Origin: an uncultured Candidatus Binatia bacterium
GTDB taxonomy: Bacteria > Desulfobacterota > Binatia > UBA9968 > JAJDTQ01
Assembly (NCBI GenBank): GCA_965242525.1
Contig: OZ251459.1
Coordinates: 2,080,001 to 2,144,000 of the forward strand
Reading direction: 5' to 3'
DNA: 64,000 nt
Below the pieces are notes generated by a model. That model searched no databases. It was not told the origin of the DNA and saw nothing but the letters and a program-made list of their open reading frames with translations. Every line of letters begins with the position of its first letter. Position 1 is the stretch's first letter. The position numbers and the translations under genes are program-made. This document shows positions 1 through 7,455 of the stretch, piece after piece.

Positions 1-1
1 C

Positions 2-1276
2 TGGATCAGGAATTACCGGGTGTTGAGGCACATCGTACTCGGAAGACTAGCGTCTATGCGGCAAGCTCAACCCTTGACCCCGATAACCGCGGTGATTGGC
101 AAAAACGGGGTTGGCAAGAGTTCTCTATTCGATGCGTTCGGGTTTCTTTCAGACTGCCTGAAATTGGGCGTCGAAGATGCATGCGACGCCCGAGGACGGG
201 GAGGATTCGAGCGTGTCCATTCCCAGGGAAGCGACGGCCCGATTATCTTCGAGGTCTGTTATAGGGAAAATCCCCACAGCCAGCCCATTACATACGATCT
301 GCTGATCAAGAAAGACGATTCTGGCAGACCCTACGTAGAGCGTGAAATCCTTCACCAGCGCGATGAAGCACAGGGAAGCGGCAGACCTTTTTTCATCTTC
401 ACAATGCATCAGGGTCAAGGATACGCCTGGAAAGGGTATGCCCAAGGGCAACAAATTGAAGAGAACGATCCCATTCTATCGGATCTGATGGCATTGCCTG
501 ACCAGAGCAAGGATCAATCGACCGGCGAGAACGGCACAGAAAGGGAAGACTTCGAACTCCATGACAACCGCAAACTCGGCATCGCAACCCTCGGCGCGTT
601 GAGGGATCACCCTCGGATCGCGGCGTTTCGCCAGTTCCTCGAAGACTGGTATCTGAGCTACTTCACGCCGGACGCGGCCCGCGGTCTGCCCTTGGCCGGT
701 CCCCAGAGGCGCTTGAACGTCCACGGCGACAACCTCGGCAACGTCGTCCAGTTCATGCAGCGTGAACACCCCGACCGATTCAAGACCATCCTGGAGCGGA
801 TTGCCAAGCAGGTTCCGGGCATCGACCGCATCGACACGCAACAAAGCCCGGACGGGCGGTTGCTGCTGCGCTTCAACGACAAGGGCTTCACCGACCCGTT
901 CTACGCGCAACAGATGTCCGACGGGACCTTGAAGGTCTTTGCTTACCTGTTGATGCTGCACGATCCGTCGCCGCCGCCGTTCATCTGCATCGAGGAACCG
1001 GAGAACGGCCTGTACCACAAGCTGCTGGAAGTCCTAGCCGCGGAGTTTCGCAGCCGCGCCACCGGCGAACAGAACACGCCGCAGATCTTCGTGACCACCC
1101 ACCAGCCCTATCTCATCGACGCGCTCACGCCCGAGGAAACCTGGATCCTGGAAAAGGGAGAGGACGGCTTTGCGGCCATCAGCAGGGCCAGCGACGACCC
1201 GACGGTCAGGGCCATGGTGGAGGAGGGGTTGCCGCTCGGCAGTCTGTGGTACAGCGACTACCTGGACCCGAGGTAG
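2..1276 (+). CDS. AAA_21/ABC-type ATPase (defence-associated), 5' end outside window
   Basis: Walker A GKNGVGKS, signature MSDGTLK, Walker B ICIEEPENGL, H-loop VTTH; frame is open from base 2 (WIRNYRVLRH, the typical N-terminal strand), so the true start is upstream. Confidence 0.9.
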   Translation, partial: WIRNYRVLRHIVLGRLASMRQAQPLTPITAVIGKNGVGKSSLFDAFGFLSDCLKLGVEDACDARGRGGFERVHSQGSDGPIIFEVCYRENPHSQPITYDLLIKKDDSGRPYVEREILHQRDEAQGSGRPFFIFTMHQGQGYAWKGYAQGQQIEENDPILSDLMALPDQSKDQSTGENGTEREDFELHDNRKLGIATLGALRDHPRIAAFRQFLEDWYLSYFTPDAARGLPLAGPQRRLNVHGDNLGNVVQFMQREHPDRFKTILERIAKQVPGIDRIDTQQSPDGRLLLRFNDKGFTDPFYAQQMSDGTLKVFAYLLMLHDPSPPPFICIEEPENGLYHKLLEVLAAEFRSRATGEQNTPQIFVTTHQPYLIDALTPEETWILEKGEDGFAAISRASDDPTVRAMVEEGLPLGSLWYSDYLDPR

Positions 1277-1280
1277 GCCG

Positions 1281-1934
1281 GTGCATTTCGAGGTGCTGGC
1301 GGAAGACAGGTCGGAGAGCATCGCGCTCGAACACGTCCTGGAGAAGATCCTTGGCCCGAACAACGCCGCCCATTCCTGGAGGGTCCATCCCTACAGGGGT
1401 ATCGGGCGCATTCCGAAGGACTTGCGGAGCGGAAAGGACCCGAAGAAACGGCTTCTCCTGAATCGACTGCCAGGAATCCTGCAAGGATATGGGCGCAGCC
1501 TCGGCGACATGGGCCCTGCCGCGGTCATTGTCGTCGTCGATTCGGACGCCAGGGATTGCAGGGCGTTCAAGCGGGAACTGCTCCACGTGCTGGACGCCTG
1601 CAACCCTCGCCCAAGGACGCTGTTCAGGATCGCCGTCGAGGAAAGCGAGGCGTGGCTGTTGGGAGACCGTGACGCAGTGAAGGCCGCCTATCCCGGCGCA
1701 AGGGATTCCGTTCTGGACGGGTACGTGCAGGACAGCATATGCGGCACCTGGGAACTGCTTGCGGACGCCATCCATCCCGGCGGGTCGCCGGCCCTTGGGA
1801 AGTGGCCCGCGTCCGGGCAGGCGAAATGCGAATGGGCCGAAAGGATCGCCCCTCGGATGGACGTGGACCGCAACCGGTCGAGGAGCTTCCGGGTCTTTCG
1901 AGACGGGGTTAGGAAACTTGCGGGAATCTGCTAG
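1281..1934 (+). CDS. DUF4276-family (TOPRIM/RloB-like) putative nuclease partner
   Basis: GTG 4 nt after ATPase stop; FEVLAEDRS, VVVDSD, EESEAWLLGD, NRSRSF motifs. Confidence 0.8.
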   Translation: MHFEVLAEDRSESIALEHVLEKILGPNNAAHSWRVHPYRGIGRIPKDLRSGKDPKKRLLLNRLPGILQGYGRSLGDMGPAAVIVVVDSDARDCRAFKRELLHVLDACNPRPRTLFRIAVEESEAWLLGDRDAVKAAYPGARDSVLDGYVQDSICGTWELLADAIHPGGSPALGKWPASGQAKCEWAERIAPRMDVDRNRSRSFRVFRDGVRKLAGIC

Positions 1935-1984
1935 AAACACCGGACGCCCCCCGGCGGTGCTAAGGCAAAGCAAGGGTTAGTCCC

Positions 1985-3328
1985 ATGGACCGGATCACAC
2001 TGAAGAACTTCCGCTGCTTCCGCGAGGAGCAGACCGCCCGCCTTGCGCCCCTGACCCTGCTCGTGGGCGAGAACAGCACCGGCAAGACCTCCTTCCTGGC
2101 CCTGATCCGCGCACTGTGGGACGTGGCCTACCGGTCTCGCGTTCCCGACTTCAAGGAAGACCCCTATGATCTCGGCAGCTTCGACGAGATCGCCCATCAC
2201 CGGGGAGCACGGGGAAGCAGAGCAGAGACCTTTGAGGGCGGGTTTGATGTTACCCTGGAGAAAGGACGAAGTGAACTGACAAACCGCTATCGGTTCGAGG
2301 CAACCTTTGGGAAAGAGGGCGTCGTTCCCGTTCCCGTGAGGAGGTTTCTTTCCGATATGGATAAGACTGGTTGGGTCGAATATGGCTCTCAAGAAGATCC
2401 AATCCGTTTCGGCACCACCAGGGGCGCTTGGGCGTGGAAAGATCTGGATGGTTTCAACCGTCAATTGAAAAAGGATGACCGCGTACTTCCGTTCTACCAC
2501 CTTGTTATGAGCAGATACCGACGAAGAACACCCCTTGATCTGACGACGCTGGACGGCCCAAAACAACCAAGCAGCAATGATTGGAAAGTGATCGACCTGA
2601 TTTGCGATGCTATGGCCTCCTTCATCAACTTCCCGGAGCGGCTGTATGCTGGCGCTCCGGTCCGCTCCAAGCCGCGCCGAACATATGACCCTTCACGTAC
2701 CACACGAGACCCTGAAGGCGATTACGTCCCGATGTATCTTGCCCATGTACACTTTCAGGACAAGGAAAAATGGAACAGACTCAAAATTGCCCTCGAAAAC
2801 TTTGGGAAGGCATCCGGCCTCTTCAACGAAATATCGGTGAAGCCTTTGGGCCACAAGGAAAGCGGACCCTTTCAGATACAGGTCAGGGGGTTCGGGAAAG
2901 CGAGGCGAAAAGGACCGCAACGGAACCTGATCGACGTGGGCTATGGCGTCAGCCAAGTACTGTCGGTTATCATCGAACCCCTACGTAGCGACGCCCCGCA
3001 AAGGTTTCTGCTGCAACAGCCCGAAGCGCACCTCCACCCCAGCGCCCAAGCTGCTCTCGGAAGCCTGTTCTGCCAAATCGCCGGACCGGAACGTCAACTG
3101 GTGGTCGAAACGCACAGCGACCACCTGATCGACCGTGTACGCATGGACGTGCGCGACGGCAAGACAAAACTGAAACCCGAAGATGTTTCCATTCTGTACT
3201 TCGAGCGGAACGATTTGGATGTACACATCCATTCCTTGCGTTTCGATGAAGACGGGAATGTCCTGGACGCTCCCGATGGCTATCGTCAATTCTTTCTGGA
3301 AGAAACGCGAAAATCCCTGGGGCTGTAG
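1985..3328 (+). CDS. AAA ATPase with DUF3696-like C-terminus
   Basis: LKNFRCF, GENSTGKT, DVGYGVSQVL, LLQQPEAHLHP, VETHSDHL, C-terminal FDEDG..PDGYRQFF. Confidence 0.85.
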   Translation: MDRITLKNFRCFREEQTARLAPLTLLVGENSTGKTSFLALIRALWDVAYRSRVPDFKEDPYDLGSFDEIAHHRGARGSRAETFEGGFDVTLEKGRSELTNRYRFEATFGKEGVVPVPVRRFLSDMDKTGWVEYGSQEDPIRFGTTRGAWAWKDLDGFNRQLKKDDRVLPFYHLVMSRYRRRTPLDLTTLDGPKQPSSNDWKVIDLICDAMASFINFPERLYAGAPVRSKPRRTYDPSRTTRDPEGDYVPMYLAHVHFQDKEKWNRLKIALENFGKASGLFNEISVKPLGHKESGPFQIQVRGFGKARRKGPQRNLIDVGYGVSQVLSVIIEPLRSDAPQRFLLQQPEAHLHPSAQAALGSLFCQIAGPERQLVVETHSDHLIDRVRMDVRDGKTKLKPEDVSILYFERNDLDVHIHSLRFDEDGNVLDAPDGYRQFFLEETRKSLGL

Positions 3329-3331
3329 AAG

Positions 3332-3383
3332 ATGTGTGCAATCTTCCGTCGCAGTCATCGGGACATGCTGAGAAGGAACCCCC
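3332..3383 (+). pseudogene. Stub of ATPase partner gene (MCAI fused to a short tail), probable internal deletion
   Basis: ATG 3 nt after ATPase stop encoding MCAI-FRRSHRDMLRR; resembles, from recollection, the two ends of the small PIN-like genes that follow DUF3696 ATPases. Confidence 0.45.
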
Positions 3384-4505
3384 ATGCCAAACTTGATCGA
3401 ATCCATACACATCAGAGGCTTCCGCTCCCTTGCGGACGTGGAAATCAACGAACTGCCCCGGGCCGCGGTGCTGATAGGAGGCAACGGCTCCGGCAAGTCC
3501 AACGTCATTCGCTTCTTCGAGATGCTGAGCTGGATGCTGCGGTCTCGCCACCTGGGTGACTTCATAGAGCGGCACGGAGGCGCTGACAACCAGTTGTTCG
3601 GCGGGAGCAGGGTCACCGCCCGCATGGAGGCCACACTGACCATGCGCACCCCGGTGGGTCGAAACGACTATCGGTTCGCGCTCGCTCACGTCCACCCGGA
3701 CCGTTTCATCTTTGCGGACGAGGCGTTCCGCTTCAGCCGGGACGATCATCCCGACGAAGCCGAGTGGCAACACCTTGGGGGCAGCCATTCGGAAGCGAAG
3801 ATCGTCGAGGCCGCGCAATCGCCCCAGTTCGGGGGCAATCGGACCACGGCGCGGGTCCTCCTCCATCTCCTGCGCAACTGCGCAGTCTATCAGTTCCAGG
3901 ACACCTCCGACCGATCCGGTTTCAATATCCGATGGGACGCAGAGGACAATAACTACCTCCGTTCGGACGGGAGCAACCTGGCCGCGGTGCTGCTCCGCCT
4001 GGAACGCGAAGACCCTCAACGCTTCGAGACGATCTGCCGCCACGTCGAACGGGTGCTGCCGGTCTTCGACCGTTTCCGGATCGAAGACCGCTATGGAAAA
4101 GCCCTGCTCGGATGGAAGGCCAAGGGGATGGACAAGACCTTTGGCGCGCACCTGACCTCCGACGGCTCGCTGCGTCTCTTCGCCCTGGTGACGCTGCTGA
4201 ACCTCCCGCCCGATATGCTGCCCGACGTCATCCTGCTGGACCAGCCGGAGTTGGGGCTGCATTCCGCGGCAATCACCCTGCTGGGCAGCATGATCCGGTC
4301 GCTCTCCACGGACAGGCAGATCATCGTGGCAACCCAATCCCCCCTGCTCGTGGACGGGTTCGATCTCGACCAGATCCTGGTGCTGGACCTGCACGAGGGC
4401 CGGACGGAGGTCCGCCGGCTCGACGAAAACGACTACCGCCACTGGCTGGAAGAATACACGACAGGCGAACTGTGGCAGAAGAAGCTGCCTGGGGGGCGCC
4501 CGTGA
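3384..4505 (+). CDS. AAA_21 ATPase, paralog copy 1, Walker B E->Q
   Basis: GGNGSGKS, TSDGSLR, ILLDQPE, VATQS; highly similar to 4655-5776. Confidence 0.85.
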   Translation: MPNLIESIHIRGFRSLADVEINELPRAAVLIGGNGSGKSNVIRFFEMLSWMLRSRHLGDFIERHGGADNQLFGGSRVTARMEATLTMRTPVGRNDYRFALAHVHPDRFIFADEAFRFSRDDHPDEAEWQHLGGSHSEAKIVEAAQSPQFGGNRTTARVLLHLLRNCAVYQFQDTSDRSGFNIRWDAEDNNYLRSDGSNLAAVLLRLEREDPQRFETICRHVERVLPVFDRFRIEDRYGKALLGWKAKGMDKTFGAHLTSDGSLRLFALVTLLNLPPDMLPDVILLDQPELGLHSAAITLLGSMIRSLSTDRQIIVATQSPLLVDGFDLDQILVLDLHEGRTEVRRLDENDYRHWLEEYTTGELWQKKLPGGRP

Positions 4506-4623
4506 TCCATCTCGATACCGAAAGCCTCTTGACGGTCCTCTGGCAGCAACGCAGGTTGGCTTGGCCGCGATCCGCGCGCAATACCCGCGCTTCAACGATT
4601 GGGTGAGGCGCCTGGAATTGTAG
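4502..4623 (+). pseudogene. Internally deleted DUF4276 gene
   Basis: GTGATCC start overlaps ATPase stop as in the intact paralog 5773-6411; remainder encodes RYRKPLDGPLAATQVGLAAIRAQYPRFNDWVRRLEL*, matching that paralog's C-terminus. Confidence 0.85.
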
Positions 4624-4654
4624 TTTACAAGCGCCTGCTTAGCAGGAAAAATCT

Positions 4655-5776
4655 ATGCCGAACCTGATTGACTCCATCCACGTCAAAGGCTTCCGCTCCC
4701 TGGCGGACGTGGAAATCAATGAACTGCCCGGGGCCGCGGTGCTGATAGGATGCAACGGCTCTGGCAAGTCCAACGTCATTCGCTTCTTCGAGATGCTGAG
4801 CTGGATGCTGCGGTCTCACCGTCTGGGTGATTTCATGGTACGGCAGGGCGGTGCTGACGACCAGTTATTCGGTGGGAGCAAGGTCACTTCCCGTATAGAC
4901 GCCACACTGACCATACGTACCGAGGTAGGTCAAAACGATTATCAATTTGCACTCGATCACGTCCCCCCAGACCGCTTCGTCTTTGCGAAAGAGGCATTCC
5001 GCTTCAGTCGAGAGAATCATCCTCCCGAACCCGACTGGCAGCACCTTGGAAGCGGCCATTCGGAAGCGAAGATCGTCGAGGCAGCACAATCGTCCCAATT
5101 CGAGGGCAATCAGACGACAGCACGGGTCATCCTCCATTTACTACGCGGTTGCGCGGTCCATCAGTTTCACGACACCTCTGACCGATCGAATTTTAAGCTC
5201 AGCGGGGACGTGGATGAAAATAACTACCTCCGTTCGAACGGGAGTAATCTGCCCGCGATACTGCTCCGCTTGGAACGCGAAGACTTCCGACGTTTCGAGA
5301 TGATCTGCCGCCACATCAGCCGGGTACTGCCGGTCTTCGACCGCTTCCAGATCGAAGAGAGCTATGGAAAAGTTCTGCTCAGATGGAAAGCCAAGGGGAT
5401 GGATAAGACCATTGGGGCGCACTTGACCTCCGACGGCTCCCTGCGTTTCTTCGCCCTGGTGACGCTGCTGAACCTCCCACCGGAGATGCTGCCCGACGTC
5501 ATCCTGCTGGACGAGCCGGAGTTGGGGCTGCATCCCGCGGCGATCACCCTGCTGGGCGCCATGATCCGGTCGCTCTCCACGGACAGACAGATCATCGTAG
5601 CAACCCAATCCCCCTTGCTCGTGGACGGGTTCGATCTCGACCAGATTCTGGTGCTGGACCTGCAGGAGGGCCGGACGGAGATCCGCCGGCTCGACGAAAA
5701 CGACTACCGCCACTGGCTGGAGGAATACACGACGGGCGAACTGTGGCAGAAAAACCTGCTTGGAGGGAATCCGTGA
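4655..5776 (+). CDS. AAA_21 ATPase, paralog copy 2
   Basis: GCNGSGKS, TSDGSLR, ILLDEPELGLHP, VATQS. Confidence 0.9.
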   Translation: MPNLIDSIHVKGFRSLADVEINELPGAAVLIGCNGSGKSNVIRFFEMLSWMLRSHRLGDFMVRQGGADDQLFGGSKVTSRIDATLTIRTEVGQNDYQFALDHVPPDRFVFAKEAFRFSRENHPPEPDWQHLGSGHSEAKIVEAAQSSQFEGNQTTARVILHLLRGCAVHQFHDTSDRSNFKLSGDVDENNYLRSNGSNLPAILLRLEREDFRRFEMICRHISRVLPVFDRFQIEESYGKVLLRWKAKGMDKTIGAHLTSDGSLRFFALVTLLNLPPEMLPDVILLDEPELGLHPAAITLLGAMIRSLSTDRQIIVATQSPLLVDGFDLDQILVLDLQEGRTEIRRLDENDYRHWLEEYTTGELWQKNLLGGNP

Positions 5777-6411
5777 TCCGTCTCGCCCTTTCGGTAGAAG
5801 GTCTAACTGAGGAGGAGTTCGTCAAGTCCGTCCTTGCCGACCACCTGTGGACAGCGAAGGTTTATGCAATTCCGGTCAAGCTTGGCCGTGCTCGCGGTAG
5901 CGGTCCTGACGGCGGCAACGTCAGCGTTAAACGACTCGTCTCGGACATGAGCCTCCTGTACTGGTCCTTTGATTTCGTGACCTCACTCGTCGATTTCTAC
6001 GGATTTCGCGACAAGGGAAAAATGACGGTAGAGGAATTGGAGGAACGTCTCACCCGGGAAATCCAAGCTCAAATCCCTCGCGGTTGGGACCAGAGAAGGG
6101 TAATTGCCTATGTTCAGAGACATGAGTTCGAGGGTCTGCTGTTCTCGGACGTCACGGCGTTCGGAACCTCGATAGACGCATCGAACCAAAGCATAACGCA
6201 ACTTCAAGAGACTCGTTCAGCATTTCCGACGCCGGAAGACATCAACGACAACAAAGAAACGGCGCCGAGCAAGCGTATCGCGAAAGCCATATCGACATAC
6301 CAAAAACCTCTTGACGGCCCCCTGGTGGCAATGCAGATTGGCTTGGATAAGATCCGCGCACAATGTCCGCGGTTCAACGATTGGGTGACGCGCCTGGAGA
6401 CCCTGGCGTGA
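5773..6411 (+). CDS. DUF4276-family protein
   Basis: GTGA overlap with ATPase; VEGLTEEEFV, SLVDFYG, HEFEGLLFSD, PEDIND..TAPSKRI, CPRFNDWV. Confidence 0.85.
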   Translation: MIRLALSVEGLTEEEFVKSVLADHLWTAKVYAIPVKLGRARGSGPDGGNVSVKRLVSDMSLLYWSFDFVTSLVDFYGFRDKGKMTVEELEERLTREIQAQIPRGWDQRRVIAYVQRHEFEGLLFSDVTAFGTSIDASNQSITQLQETRSAFPTPEDINDNKETAPSKRIAKAISTYQKPLDGPLVAMQIGLDKIRAQCPRFNDWVTRLETLA

Positions 6412-6419
6412 CCGTGCCC

Positions 6420-7363
6420 ATGCTTCACAGGTTGTCCCTGCTCCATTTCCGAAGTCTTCCGGCTGCGGAATTGGAGTTCGACAACCCGACCTTTCTGGTG
6501 GGCCAGAACGGCGCCGGAAAGAGCAAACGAGATGCAACGGTCAACGAAACTGCTTCGACCGCTCGGAAGGCACATGGAAGAGCAGCGAAAAATCCTTGGA
6601 TCCGGCCTTGGAATCACGGTCCTTGGCCCTTCCGGTAGTCGCAGGCGACACGCGGTTTGCTGCGGTATGGCGGTTTCTGTCGGAGATGCGGGTGTACCGG
6701 ATCGAACCGGGTGTCCTCCGAGAGATGCAGGACCCGGATGGCGGGGGCCGGCTGCGAATCGACGGAAGCAACGCCGCGAGCGTGCTGCGCGAGATCATGC
6801 GCGATTCGCCGGACGACTGGGAGAACATCCGCGGCCTTCTCGAAAGTATCGTCCCCGGCGTGATGGACGTGAAACCGAAGAAGCTCGGCAACAAACTGGG
6901 GCTGGAGTTCACGCAGGAATGGCTGACGTCGAGACCCCTCAAGTTCGAGGCGTACAACATGTCCGACGGAACGTTGCGAGTCTTGGGCATGCTTGCCGCA
7001 GTCTTTCAACGGCCGGCGCCCTCGGCCCTGGTCATCGAAGAGCCGGAAGCCACGATACATCCCGGAGCGCTCGGCTCGGTGCTCGACCTGCTGCGACACG
7101 CAGGGCGCTTTACCCAGACGGTGGCGACGACCCACAGCCCGGATATTCTCGACGCCTCATGGATCGAGGATCGCCATCTACGGATCGTAGGCTGGGACCG
7201 GGGAGCGACACAGGTAGCGCCCGTCTCCGAACCTGTACGCAAGGCGCTGAAAGAGCACCTGATGGGCGCAGGGGAGATGATGCGCTCCAACGCCCTGACG
7301 GCCGCCGAAGGGTCCAACCCCGACCCGGCCGCAATCTCGTTGTTCGAGGATGTTGCCGAATGA
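6420..7363 (+). pseudogene. AAA_21 ATPase broken by deletion/frameshift after Walker A
   Basis: ATG 6420 gives MLHRLSLLHFRSL..GQNGAGKSK; the C-terminal half (MSDGTLR, VIEEPEATIHP, TTHS) is in another frame (ORF 6596-7363). Confidence 0.8.
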
Positions 7364-7455
7364 TGATCCAACCCCGCGCCTTCGGCGCCCTGCTGCGCGC
7401 AATGGGGCGGGAAGTGGCCCCGTGGCCTCCTCCCGCCTGGAGGGAGGAGGTGTAG
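7360..7455 (+). pseudogene. Stub of DUF4276-like partner (MMIQP fused to RAFGALLRAMG..PWPP tail)
   Basis: ATGA overlap with ATPase stop; 31 codons ending immediately before the DUF499 ATG and carrying its GGAGG RBS. Confidence 0.55.

Noticed and set aside
3004-3040. QQPE Walker B in the DUF3696-type ATPase as an inactivating change
   Set aside because: xQPE is usual in this subfamily and the gene is otherwise intact; decay cannot be claimed.
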